Shown here in pieces: positions 33,836-46,876 of a DNA stretch of 64,000 nucleotides. The notes under the pieces were generated by a model. That model worked only from the letters and a program-made list of their open reading frames with translations. It did no database searches and was not told the origin of the DNA. Both the position numbers and the translations under genes were made by a program. The stretch is from Geosiphon pyriformis uo1 (taxonomy: Eukaryota > Fungi > Glomeromycota). The stretch lies in assembly GCA_016748015.1 (NCBI GenBank), contig JAAOMT010000183.1, forward strand, positions 636,787 through 700,786, written 5' to 3'. Position 1 is the stretch's first letter. Each line of letters begins with the position of its first letter.

Positions 33836-35218
33836 TCAATTTAACATGTTGTTGTTGATAATAATGATTGGTTCCAGATCTCATGGAATCTCATCTGGTC
33901 GGACTAGTATTCTCTGTACTCTTAATTGTAGAATATTACTAGTAGATAGTAGTGTGATATCGCGATATGGCTTCAGTCGATCTCTATGTGCTGCTTTGGT
34001 TAAAATTTTGTTATCTAATCTTAATTTGTAAGCTCTATTTCCTAGAATTTCTTTTATGTGAAATGGTCCGTCCCATTTGGGGTCAAATTTTCCACTCCAT
34101 TGTTTTTCTGCTTTGGTACAATATAGTAATACTTTGTCTTCAATCTTGAATTCAACTGGTTTGTCTGGTAGTTAACTATTGTGTCTTTCTTTCTGTTTTT
34201 CTTGTGACTTTTGAATATTATCAGCTGCTCTTTTTTGTTTGTTTTCCAATGTTTCCATTAAGTCATATGTTTTTCTTAGCAATGTTTCTTGAAAATTTTC
34301 TTCTGTTATTGGTTTAGCTAGATATGTATTAATTTTTTTCTCTACTGGTAATGTTGCTGTTCTCCTATATACTAATTCAAATGGTATTGCTTGTGTAGTA
34401 TCTTGTTTCATTGTTCAATAAGCAAATAGTACTAAGGATATGAACAAATTCCAATCATTCTGGTTTTCTTGGCTGAGCTTAGCTATTGCTTCACACAGTG
34501 TTCTATTGAATTTTTTTACTAATCCGTTAGTTTGTGGATGATATGGTGATGATAATAGTCTCTTAATTCTGAATCTTTGGCTCAATTCTGTTAATGTTTT
34601 GTTCACAAAATGAGTTCCTTGGTCTGATAATAATTCTTTTGGACATCCATGTCGACAAATCAAATCCTAATGAATGAATTCGGCAACGGATTCTGCATCC
34701 GCTCTTTGAATTGCTTTTGCCTCTGGCCATTTAGTGAGATAGTCCATAGCTACCACTATGTATCTGTTTCCTCTGCTGGTGATTGTTAATGGTCTAACTA
34801 AATCAATTCCAATACAGTCAAATGATTGTTTCACTTTGATTGGTTTTAATAGTTCACTGGGTCTTGTTCCTCCTCTTTGCTAACAAGCATTACAATTTTG
34901 AACATATTGAATGATGTCTGAGTACATTGATGACCAATAATATCTCTTTCTGGTTCTTTTTATGGTTGTTTCTTTGTGAAAATGTCCTGCTGTTGGATTT
35001 GAATGTATGTTGAATAATATTGTCTCTTTTTCTGGCTCCATAATTACTCTAGTTGGTTGATCTGGATCCCTTCTATTTTTCCGATAAAATATATTTTGGT
35101 GAGTGATAAAATATTTTGATTGTTGTTTAATACTCTTTCATTCCGTTTGAGATAAATTCTTCTTGAACTGTTGAGTGTTTATATAATGTTGCAATTGTTG
35201 ATATTTTTGTATGTTCAT
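33836..35218 (-). pseudogene. int: D1 integrase (separate ORF)
   Basis: SDQGTHF, PYHPQTNGLV, KWDGPF; own ATG at 35218. Confidence 0.9.
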
Positions 35219-35281
35219 CTTTTGTTGTATTTTTCTGTTGGTATTGTTCTGGTTTTGTTATATTTTTGGGTTGAAATGTTC

Positions 35282-38200
35282 TTAGATTTGTTTCATTCAC
35301 GATAAACTGTCTGCATTTCCATTGTTTTTTCTTTTTTTATAATGTATAGTATACTTATATGGTGCAAGTGCCATTTTCTATCTTAACTGTCTTCCATTTT
35401 GACTGTCTTTCATCTCCAAATTTTTGTTTTTGAAGTGATGTTAATCCTTTGTGATCTGTGTACACTTCAAACTTCTGGCTCAAATATTCTTTCCATTTCA
35501 TGACTGACCAGTATATTGCTAAGTGTTCTTTTTTCAGTGTTCCATAGTTCTTTTCAGCCAGTGTTAAACCTCTGCTGGCATATGCCACTAGATGTTCTCT
35601 GCCATCTAGTCCTCTTTGAGATAGTATTACTCTTAATGCCTGGCCGGATGCATCTGTGGTGATGATGAACAGTTTGCTGTGATCTGCATAAATTAGTACT
35701 GGAGCTTGTATAAGCTTTCTTTTTAAAATATCAAAAGCTTCTTGTTGACTTTCGGTCTATTTATATTTTGTATCTTTGTTTTGCAGTTGGTTGAGTGGCT
35801 GCACTATCTTGGAAAAGTTCTTGATAAAATGTTGATAGTAGCTGGCGAATCCCAAAAATGATTTCAGTTCTGTCATATTGGTTAGCACTAGAAAGTTCTT
35901 TACTATCTCTATTTTCTCTGGATCCATTTTGATGCTGTCTTTGCTGACTATGTGTCCCAAGAACTTTAGTTCTGTTTTGCCAAAGAAGCACTTTGTTGCA
36001 TTTAACTTTAGTTCTGCTCTTCTTAGTCTTTCAAACACTTGTTGAAGATAATGCAAATGATTATTAAATGTTTTTGAGAATACATTGGTGTCATCCAAGT
36101 ATACAACTACTGATTTCCACAATAAACCAGTATAAACAATTTCCATTAGCCGTTGGAAAGTTGCTGGGGCATTGGTTAAGCTGAATGGCATCACTTCAAA
36201 TTCGAAATTCTCTTCTCTAGTAGTAAATGCTGTCTTCTCTTTGTCAGCTGGATTCATGGCTACTTGCCAGTAACTACTGTCCAAATCTAATGTTAAGAAC
36301 CATTTGTTCCCACTGAAAGCATCGAATAATTCTTGTATTCGTGGAGTTGGATAACTGTCTCCACGAATTATATCATTGAGTTTCCTGTAGTCTACACAAA
36401 ACCGGATTTTTCTATTCTTCTTATGGATGAGTACCACTGGTGATGACCATGGGCTTATTAATGGTTGAATTAGCCTATTGTCAAGCATTCTGTTTATCTC
36501 TTGACAAATGATCTTGTGACTGGCTGGCAACACTCTGTATGCTTTTTGTTTGATTGGCATTGTATCTCCAGTCTTGATCTGATACTAGATGATATCAGTT
36601 CAGCCAAACTCATTTTTGCTGGCAAAGATGTTGTTGAAATTGTTGAGTAACATCTTGAGCTGCATACATTAGAGTGGATCTAAGTTTCTCATGTTCATTT
36701 GTTTTAATTGTTCTGGTTGGAGCAAATAACATTCGTCTTGTCCATAGATTGTTTGTGATGTAATGTCAACATATCCACAAAGTTGTGGAAAGTCTGGAAT
36801 GGGGTTTGGTGGTTGGTCTTCTATTTCTGTGGTTAAATATCTGATGTTGGTTCCTTCTAGTATGTTGATGACATTGTCAATGTTGTTGTAGATGGGAATT
36901 TTTATGCTGCTATAGCTTTTGGCTAGTATGTGGAGATTGATCAACCCAATCTCTCCTGATTCACAAAAATTTGCTTCAGCTTCAAAAATTTGTCCTTGCT
37001 TCTTTTCTTTTCTTCCTATTGCTAGCATGTACTGGCTATATGGTGGAATGGAAATAGCTTGACCAGTTGAGATAATTTTTCCTTGGCAAACAATTTCTTC
37101 CTTCACTATATTAACTGGTACATTTATTCTACCCATTAATCCAAATCCTTGTATTCCTCTCACTGTTATTCCTAATTCTTCTCTCTTTCCCACTGACACT
37201 AACTGAGCTATTTTAACCAGAGGCAAGAATATTGCCTGTGCTATCTTTTTGTTGGGCTCTATTATATAGGCTTTTTTTGAATCATTTTGTAGCATGGCGA
37301 TGATATTTCTTATATATTCCACATCAATTATTCCTTCTCTTATATTAATCCCTTTTTTCGCTAAACTACTCCTAGATGCTAATTGAACCATTATTGTTGC
37401 CAGAATTTCTAGTGCTATTTTCAGATCAATACAGGTGCGTGAATGTGGTTCCAATTTGATGGCATCTTTTTCTAGATATCTTAGATCAAACCCTGTATCC
37501 ATATTATGTACACGTTCTGACATAATACCTTTTCCATTGTCACTATATCATTTCAAAATTTGTTCTTTGGAGAGATCTGGTAATGCAATGTATTGTTTGT
37601 AGTTTAAATCAGAGTTTGAATCTGAGTTAGAATTGGTATCATTGTTGTTGCCATATTGAATGGAGCTGGAACTGGTGTTTTCATCGTTGTCATTGTCAGA
37701 GTTTGAATCAGAATTGAAAATCGATTCTGATTCTAATGCACATCTGCTGATTGGTTTTTTCTCTTCAGGGATCATATAGATCATGTGTGGTGGTGAATTG
37801 TAAATGAGGTCACACTCATCACAATACTGGAAATCACAGGGAATTAGGCAGTATTGACATAGTTGAGTGTTCAACTGCTCTAACCATTGTTCTTGTTCTT
37901 CTCTTGTAGGTGCTAATTCTTGGTAATGTTCATAGAATTGTTCCGGATCCAGGAGATTTATGATGGGTTCTGCGTCCCAGTCAAGCTCTAAAGATTCTGG
38001 GGGGTTGTCTTTGATTGTTTTTATTTCCTCAGGCGATGTCTCTTTGATTTTGGCGAGTGCCATTTGCCAAATTTTGTTGTTGTCATGTGGACAACTGTCC
38101 AGTTGCTGTATGGCTCTTCTCTAGACTGCTTCTATGGGGTTTCTTTCCTTACCCAGTCACTTATTAGAATCATGTATTGACATGATACATTGCATGTTCT

Positions 38201-41200
38201 TCCACGTCCTGGGATGTTGTTCCACATCCCTTCATCCAGGAGAGTTTTTCCACAGACTATACATGGTGTATTATCCTATTTTCCCATTTGTTTTGGTCTT
38301 CCAAAATGTTTGATATGGCATGCACGGCAATAGAACTTGGTTGCCATCTAATATTTTTTATCGTCACTACAGCATGCACCCATTGATGACAATTTCTTGC
38401 CACAATCAGTGCATATTAGTTTGGATCAGCAATAGGTTAATGGTTGTTGTTAACTGTAGGTGTATGGAATATAAGTGTTGTTGGCTTGAGTGTTTTCTTC
38501 CTCCCTCTCTTTCTCTTTTCTCTTTTTTTCTTTGTTTTCTTCCCATTCCCAGCTTGAAGTTGGTTTGCTCTCATTGTTGTCAGTTCAGATTAAGTCATTG
38601 GTTTCTCAGGTAAGTTCTTCCTTTTGTTTCCTTTTTCCATTGTTGTTGTTGTCCCAGGAGAGTATTGGCAGCAGTTTGTTGTGCTCTTCATCAACCCACA
38701 ACACTTGGTAGGCTTCCCAGGTAGGTTTCTCTTTCTCCTTCTCCAGTTTGATTAATAGTTTCTCTTTTAGAGGAGTCTTAAAGTGGCCACATGTGGCTGG
38801 TACACGTATGTGTTGGCCCTGATATGTTAGCTGGAGTTCCTGGATGTTCCAGTCTAATGTCGCGTTGACTTTGAATAGCCAGTTATTACCAACGAGAGCT
38901 TAGTATTGAGTGGCATTCATCATTAGAACTTTAATAGGAGTCACAATACTATTGACTTCGAAAGGGAAGTCATTGATTTCGCCAATTGGAGTTTTGGTCA
39001 CTTCATTGGCTGTGATGATTCTGGTGCTGGCAGCTCAATCAACTCAGCAACCTAATTATTCTATGAGTTGCTGTGTGATGATACTGCCTGCTGAACTGCT
39101 GTCAAGGATCAATTTGATGGATTGTCCCTTGACTTTGACATCAGTGTACATTGCGGTGATTGGTTTGGCTTCAAGAGTGACTCCACTAAATAATGGCATT
39201 GTAGCTGTTTCCTCAAATTCAAATAGGAAGATAGCAGCCAAGGACTCATCTTCGGTGATGGTAGCAGGTGGAATATTACTGGTAAGTAGTTGTTTTTGGG
39301 CGAATGTCAAGTTATTGGTTGAGGCGTCTTCTGGGGTGACCAGGAGGCTTAAATAGTTCTGGGAATTCGGGTTTTAAGTTTGACCAGTACCTGAATTCTG
39401 CTGGTGTAATCCAGATGATTGCTGTGAAGAACTGGGGATCAGTTGATGGACTAACATTGCCAATCTCCAGCTCTGTTGAGTCATTCTCAGTCTTTAGGTT
39501 CCATTGAGTGGTAAGCTTTGGGGTGGTGTTTGGATTTGTTGGGATTGATAGATTATTTGTGGCTGCAGTTGTTGATAAATTACTTGTGGCTGTGGTTGAT
39601 AGATTGGAGCTTGGTACACCGGAAACTGATAGATAGATGACTGCGTCACTGGTAGGTAAGTGGGTTGGTTTTGATTTGGGTACTAATTCGGAGTTTGGAA
39701 CTGGCGATCGGGGTTTCAATATTGATTTCCTGATCATTGGTTATTTAAACGCTGGCGACAGTCAATTTGGATGTGTTTTTGTTTACCACAATAGTGGCAG
39801 ATATGTGATTCTTGTTGCCACCGTTGATTGGTCGATGAAGATGAATGTGGCTGATTTTGGGCACGATTAGAGTTTTCTTGATTATTGCGTCATTGTGGAG
39901 ACTGATAAATGGCATGATTGTCAGCTAAGTATCCTTCCATTCTCTTATTAATTAATTCACTGAACTTCTCCAATTTGGAATCCAATTCAGATGATCCATT
40001 CATTACTAGATTAATGGCTTGGGCATGGTTAGCCTCTGACTTAGCGGATTCAAAATCTCTGGCACATGTAACTGCATCTTAAAGGGTACTTGGATGCAAC
40101 AGATGTACATGTTGCAAGATACTGCTGCACAGGCCACAAATAAACTGATTGAGTATCTGTGGTGCTGTGAAATAGTTGGCGTTAATTGCTTGAATTTGGT
40201 GTAGGTTTTGATGGAAGTGTCCCAGGTAAGTGGTAACTGCTTCAATTTCTCCTTGTTTTATGGTGGTGAATGTATTGACTAGGTGATTGATGTTGTTATT
40301 GTTGCTGAAGTATCTTAGGAATTCCACTTTGAAGACATTAAAATCTTGTGGTTTATTAATCAAACTCTGGTACCATGAATCGGCAGTATCTTTGAAAAAG
40401 TAGGGAATGGCTTGCATTGCTTGAGCGTTATTCCATCCATTGGCTGTGATGGCCTTCTCTATAGCATTCAGCCATACTTGAGCATCATCCTCTTCGCCAG
40501 TAAAGTTGTCAAGTTTTGTGATTGGTGCATAGGCCATTGAATCTAAGTTAGGTGGTTGTGGTGGCTGTTGAAGTAGTTGTTGTTGTACTGGTTGTTGGGG
40601 TGGTAGTTGAAGTGGCTGCTGTATGGGTTTGGCTATGAGATTAATTGGCAGTTGATTGATGACAATTACCAGAGATAAGTTTTACTGATTAATTAATTTG
40701 GGGTTTGGATTGTTCTGCCTTTGATGATTCAGAGTTTCAATTTCCAAATTTTCTAGATCTGGATTTTGCTGAGTTTGAAAATTTGGGGTTTCAACTTCCA
40801 GGTTTTCAGTGATCGGGCGCTGGTAAGTGAATTCTTAATCCTCTGATTCTTCTTCTTCCTTTTCTGATTCTGCTGCTTCTCACAGATCAGAGATTCTGAA
40901 ATCTGGTGGAGGTGGTGGTGATCAAAGTTCTGATGGGGTTGATGATCACGAATTAAATCTCTCAAAGTATTTGTCATATGGTTCTAACAATTCTGTTTTC
41001 TTTTGTCTACTTTGGAATGGAAATCGTCCAAATGCTGATGTCACAGTTGATGGAAACGCGTCTGTTGATAATATGTTGATGGTGCTTCCAGGTCTATAGT
41101 GGTAGAATGGGTTGCTTGGGGATTCAACTCTGTTTTTCTTCCAAGCAAATGGCTGTATTTTTCTGGGTGTTACTGCTGGTGTTTGTAATTTTCCCTTGCC

Positions 41201-41518
41201 TTTACTAGCATATATAATTGGATATCTTTGTTGAGTGTAATGTTCAATTTCTTTGTTAATTTCAATGATGATAGATGCAAAATTATGATTTGTTGGTAGA
41301 TTGGTGTTTTGAATTAATTCCTTATAGAAAGTTTCTCTTGCTGATTCAATATTCACTGGTGTTCTTAATAAAAAAGAAATCTTTTCATTGACGTAGAAAT
41401 TGAAGGCTGATTCGGCAGATATATGATTGTGGTTTAATCCCAAGTATTGACAATAGTGTTAAAATAAGGATTTTGTGAATCCTAAATGGTTTGCTCCTAT
41501 ATTTTCTGATTTTGCTAC
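35282..41518 (-). pseudogene. gag-pol: D1 gag-PR-Cys-rich-dUTPase-RT-RNaseH
   Basis: MAYAPITKLDNF capsid, LILDSSS, dUTPase about 37130-37520, RT with intact YLDD, TDASG. Confidence 0.92.
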
Positions 41519-41560
41519 TTTTGGTTTGGTGTTGTTGGTGCTGGTTCTCTGTAGAATTAT

Positions 41561-41578
41561 ATCTCACAGAGAGCACCA
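41561..41578 (-). promoter_or_regulatory. Primer binding site of D1
   Basis: TGGTGCTCTCTGTGAG next to the LTR. Confidence 0.85.
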
Positions 41579-41580
41579 AA

Positions 41581-42443
41581 TGTTACAGGGGATTATTTCT
41601 GCTGTTGAAGTAAATAACAACCCATAACTTGGTGCTTAAAAGCTACTTCCATTGATAATGTTCTGAAGGTGTTGTATCTAAAGGTTTTGATGGAGTCCTT
41701 TGTATAATGGACAGAGATTCAATAGTGATAGTGTTTGCATATATAGTTGTTTCCCAATTTCTTTCTCAGCTTGGTGGCCAGATTTATTCTGGCAGTTGTG
41801 TCCTTCTGGTAAGCTAACTGATAATATATATAAATCTACCCTTATTTCTGGGTCTTTTACCAGGCTATCCGTGATGTCAATAACTCAGCACTTTTAATCT
41901 TCAATTTAATTAGTATGCACAACAATCAAATCAAAATAAAATAGAGAAAAGAAAAAGAAAAATAAAGAAAGAAAAGAAATAAGCCCAGGCAGTTTAGCAG
42001 ATTAGTATTCTGTCAATAGCCATAATTAAGAGCTATTGTTCCAGTGTGGTTAAGTATCAATTACTATTAACATAAAGTGTTGATAATGAAAAGTGGATTA
42101 AGATATAGAATAATTATTTATTTGATGATTTGGTTTCTTGGCTAAGGATTCTGTGGTATCAATTCTGTCTTTTCTGTTTCTAACACTACTGCTATATATC
42201 TATAATTAGGATTCCTCAATTCCTTGATTTTTCACAACAAGAATCCTGGAATTCTTGGAATCTTGCAATTCCTTTGAAAAGAATCCTGGAATTCTGGAAT
42301 CCTGCAATTCCTCGTTAGGGAATCCTGAAATTCCTGGAATCCTGTAATTCCTGAAAGGAATCCTGGAATTCCATATTTACTACACTTACTTCTGATTGGC
42401 TAATAATTATGCTAATATATTTTCTATATTTCTATGAGTAACA
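41581..42443 (-). repeat. 5' LTR of D1
   Basis: Direct repeat of 32276-33138. Confidence 0.95.
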
Positions 42444-43317
42444 GCAAGCACAGTTATTAGAGTTTGGCATTGTCTTTTCATTTTTCTGGTAAGCTAACAA
42501 GATAATATTAATATCTAAAACTTAGGAGAAGCTTCCCTCTTTTACCAGATTATTACAAAGTCTATTCCCAGACAGTCAATTTTACTATGTTGCCACTCCA
42601 CAAAAAATAAGAAAGAAAAAGAAAAGAAAAAGAAAAGAAAAGAAAAGAAAAGAAAGAAAAAATAAATTAGTATTGTCAATCACCATGATCAAAAGCAATT
42701 AGTCCAAATTGTTAATAGTTTAAGGCAGTTATATTAAGAGCATCTGTCCTAGAATGAAGATATGAGACAAAAGTTAATTCACATAAATTCCATGAAGTTT
42801 GAGAACATGAATTCGTAATTCTGATTTTTTTAATAATTGGTTTATTTCAGAAGATGAAATAGGGAAAATAATAAATAATGAAGGGGTATGGATATTTGAT
42901 TTTTGTTTAAAGATTCGTATTTATCTGTCTGTTTTTCTAACTTCTACAACTACTTGCTTTTATACATTCTTTTGGTTTTACAAGATTGTTTTCAATTGTT
43001 TCGCTATTGCTAACTATTGCTTCATTATTTTTGTTATTGCTTTATTTTTCTATGTTATTGCTAGTTATCTTATGTTATAATATGTTATTTGATATTATTA
43101 TATGTTATTCTGTGTTATCCTGCATTATAACACATTATCCTTCATTATAATGTGTTTATCCAATGTTATTGCACACTATTCTGTGTTATCTTGTATTATA
43201 ACACATTATCCTATGTTATAATATGTTATCCAATGTTATTGCATGCTATTCTGTATTATGTTACGTTTTAGTCACATTTTTTTATTACTTTGGATTGGTT
43301 TTTCTACTCGGATAATA
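42444..43317 (-). repeat. B1 5' LTR, remainder, with (GAAAA)n tract and TGTTAT repeats
   Basis: Matches the B2 LTR; terminus TACTCGGATAATA is a mutated TACTCGGGTAACA. Confidence 0.88.
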
Positions 43318-45072
43318 ATGTCTTATGGAAAATCAGAAATTAAAATAAAAAGGACAATAAAAAATATAAATCTAATATTTGAGCTCCACCCAAAAACTTG
43401 CCAACAGTTTCTCATAGGACTTACTAACCTTTTTATTCCAGCTGACAAAACACAATGGATAAAAATTCCTATCACGAATACCACAGAAGAGCTCATATAC
43501 ATTCCAGAAAACACCATCATGGGATATCTTAGAACAGAGCTAGAAAACATGTCAACACCACAAGAATTTCTCAATTTTCCAGAAATTGCTCTTTACTGTG
43601 AACTCACTTCAATAAATTGGCAATAACTGTTGAAATGCTATTAATTTACACCAAAAAAATTGGCCAAATTAAACATTGAAACAATAAATCTGAACCAACA
43701 GTAACAATTAAAAGCATTAATTTTAAAATACTCTGATATATTTTCACAAAATGGCAAATTTGAAAGAACCAACTTGGTTCAACACCAAATCTCTACTGGG
43801 GATGCCAGACCTAAAAAACAACATGCTTACTGTATTCTACCAATGGAGCATAATTTTATCAGAAAAGAAGTCCAAAGCATGTTGGAAAAAGGAATAATTC
43901 AACTATCAATGAGCCTATGGTTCTCACCAGTTGTTTTAGTAAGGAAAAAAAATAGAAAAATTAGATTTTGCATCAACTATTACAAACTAAACAGCAAAAC
44001 AACCAAAAACTCATATCCAATACCATTAATTGACAAAATCTTCGATGTTTTTGAAGAAGCAAAATGGTTTTCTACACTTAACTTGACCAGTGGATACTGG
44101 CAAGTGGAAATGGACCCAAAAGACAGACATAAAACAGCATTCACAACACAAAATGGCAATTATGAGTTCAATATAATGCCATTTGGATTGACAAATACTC
44201 CTGTAACATTCCAAAGACTAATGGACATAATTTACTCCAGAATTCTGTGGCAATTTGTTGTTGTCTACTTGGATAATACAAATGTTTTCTCACCAAAATT
44301 CATGGATCATCTCCAACATTTACAACAAGTTTTTGAAAGATTAAGACATGCTGGACTTAAATTAAATTTAAAAAAATGTTTTTTTGAGAAAAATGAGCTA
44401 GTATTTCTAGAACACATAGTTGGAAAAGATGGAATAAAACCAGATCCATCAAAAATAAACAAAGTGAAAAATTTTCTAGTACCACAAAACATTTCAGAAG
44501 TTAAAAGCTTTTTAGGACTCATATCTTACTATTGCTGTTTTGTAGAAAACTTTTCAAACATCACCAAACCTCTTAATTATCTACTATCCAAAAATGTGAA
44601 ATTTGAATGGACCAAAACACAGCAAAAAGCTTTTGAGTACCTTAGACAAAAGCTTATTAAATTACCAATAATAATCTATCTGGATTTCAACAAGAAATTC
44701 ATTTTGGCCACAAATGCCTCTGAAACTGAACTTAGAGCCATTCTTTCACAAAAAAATGATAATAGAAGAGAACATATAATTACTTATGCCAATGGAAGTT
44801 TCAGTATGGCAGAACAAAACTATGCAGCATACAAACTGAAATGCTTAACAATAGTTTGGAGTTGCGTTCACTTTGACACATATTTACAGTACAAACCCTT
44901 TGATATTATCACAGATCATAGAGATCTGGTCTGGTTAAATAACAAGAAAGTGCTGAAAAGAAAATATGCCAGATGGTCACAAATATTAGCACCATATAAT
45001 TATATCATTAAATACAAAAAAGATACCAAAAATACCAATGCTGATTGTTTATTAAGAATGAGATACACATAA
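43318..45072 (+). pseudogene. pol: C2 reverse transcriptase-RNase H
   Basis: 432-aa ORF 43774-45072 with LTSGYWQ, MPFGL, YLDN, ending ADCLLRMRYT*; catalytic residues mutated. Confidence 0.92.
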
Positions 45073-45084
45073 AAATCATGAACT

Positions 45085-45384
45085 CACCCATTAATTAAAG
45101 TAATTAACAAAGCAACAAAGCAGCAATCCAATAATTAGAAAGTTTTATTGAAAAAACCAACAGTATATTCCATTCAAAAAGCAGTTTACAGAATTTTCAA
45201 AGCATTTGAAAATTGTCACAAAGTATTACTGGATCCAACAATATTGGACAACTTACCAACTCACAGTTTCAAAATTTACAACAACAAATTAATAATACAA
45301 TATTAGATTATTATAGTAATATAGAAATCAATGAAGAAATTAACTTTGATTTTGATGGAGCTCAATCTTGAAAGAAGGGAATAA
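45085..45384 (+). pseudogene. C2 ORF3 3' remnant and polypurine tract
   Basis: KAVYRIFKAFENCHKVLL; GAAAGAAGGGA before the LTR. Confidence 0.7.
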
Positions 45385-46181
45385 TGTTACAGTTTAAGAA
45401 TTTAATAGAAATTATAAATAATATAAATTAGCCAATCATGAAATAGCATAGCAACAATTTATAAAAAAAAATGATTTACAAATAATAGCAAACACTATTA
45501 TGCAAAAGCAGCAAGCATTATTTCACAATAGCAGCAAGCACTATTTAGAAATAACAGAAATAGAGTATTACAAAACGTTATTTTGTAAAACAATAATTAT
45601 ATATATATACAATAGTTTTTAATGATAAAGAATAGAACAGTTTCAACTCGAAGCAACAAATATCTAAATAAAATCTTATTCAAAAAGAATTAATAAAAAA
45701 ATAATAAATTGAATGAACATCACAATTACAAAATTAACAATAGAATTCACATACCCTCTTTAGCAAATGAAACTATCATTCTATCTCTGAACTTTTTGAA
45801 AGAATAATTCTTAATCAAGATTATTTACGTGGTTACTAATTAAATTGAAAAAGTTTTATTATATACTTAGGGAAATTGCAAAAAGATCATTAACATTCTA
45901 TGTTTCTAAATTAGAGAAACACATCAGGCAATTGCAAGGATAGCCTCAGAAAAGACTCCAAACAGCAGGTAAATTTCAGATTAGCCTTTGGGAAGGAGTA
46001 CACAACATACAAAGACAACTAGAATTAAAGAGAAGACTTACATTACAACATCAAGAGAAAATTTTCAATATATTATTATTAATATATCTAATACATAAAA
46101 TAGAAGAACTTATGAGAGACTAATTACAATTAAAATGGGAAATCAACAATTAAAATATACCAAGAAAACACTTCCATAACA
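45385..46181 (+). repeat. 3' LTR of C2
   Basis: TGTTAC...ATAACA; reverse-complement similarity to the C1 LTRs. Confidence 0.92.
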
Positions 46182-46816
46182 GTGATTTTATAGAACCTAA
46201 ATTATGTATATATAGCAAAAGCATTAGAAGCAGAAAAAACAGAATAATTATCCAGATCTTTCCATTATTTTGTCTCTATTAGAATTATTAATATCAATAA
46301 ATAATTATTTACCATCTAAACTACTCTCTTTACTATCAACACTTTATGTTAATAGTATCAAATACTTAACCATGCTGGAACAATAGCTCTTGATCACGGC
46401 TATTGACAAGATACTAACATAATTGTCTTGACTAATTTCTTTATTTTCTTTATTATCTTTCTTTACTGTGATATTTTATTGTTATATATTAGTTAATTAA
46501 GGATTAAACACTAAGTTATTAATGTTACAGATAGCCTAATAAAAGATTTGAATAGAAGAGTACAGAGTGAGAATTTGAATAGCTTACCAAAAAGATATAA
46601 CTGCCAAAATAAACTGGCCATCAAGCTAAAAAAAGAAATTGGAAAACTCATTACAAAAGAAGTGCACACCATTGAATCTCTGTTCATTATATAAAAGACT
46701 CAACCAAAACCTTCAGATTGTAAAAACTTCAGATGTCATCATCAATTACAGCTCTTAAACACCAAGTTATGGGTTTGTTATTTGATTTGAGATTCCAAAT
46801 AATCATCTGTAACATT

Positions 46817-46834
46817 TGGTGCTCTCTGTGAAAT
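46817..46834 (+). promoter_or_regulatory. Primer binding site of D2
   Basis: TGGTGCTCTCTGTGA. Confidence 0.85.
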
Positions 46835-46876
46835 ATAATCTTACAAAGAACCAGCACCAACAACAACCATCCAAAA

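Larger units (their letters stand above)
32276..42443 (-). mobile_element. Full-length Ty3/Gypsy element D1 (about 10.17 kb), inserted in the B1 5' LTR, TSD ACAA/GCAA
   Basis: Two 863-bp LTRs, PBS, PPT; flanks rejoin the B LTR. Confidence 0.95.
4831..43317 (-). mobile_element. Ty3/Gypsy element B1, split by nested insertions (segments 4831-7567, 17439-18186, 27829-30268, 31231-32275, 42444-43317)
   Basis: Segments rejoin across the TSDs into continuous sequence colinear with B2; the split 5' LTR sums to about 1.1 kb, like the B2 LTRs. Confidence 0.9.
43318..46181 (+). mobile_element. C-family element C2 (3' part), integrase deleted; host of B1 and inserted in the D2 5' LTR
   Basis: Colinear with the reverse complement of C1; PPT and 3' LTR present. 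Confidence 0.9.

Noticed and set aside
39312-39737. Thr/Ser/Pro-rich ORF with a counterpart at 48162-48407
   Set aside because: Alternative frame of the Gln/Asn-rich linker between nucleocapsid and protease.
41805-41865. GTAAG...TTTTACCAG as an antisense intron, or the motif as a hairpin/hammerhead ribozyme
   Set aside because: The same bases form the conserved stem, family A lacks the splice-like signals, and required ribozyme core residues do not line up.
42611-42660. (GAAAA)n microsatellite as an independent feature
   Set aside because: It is part of the B-family LTR and varies in length between copies.
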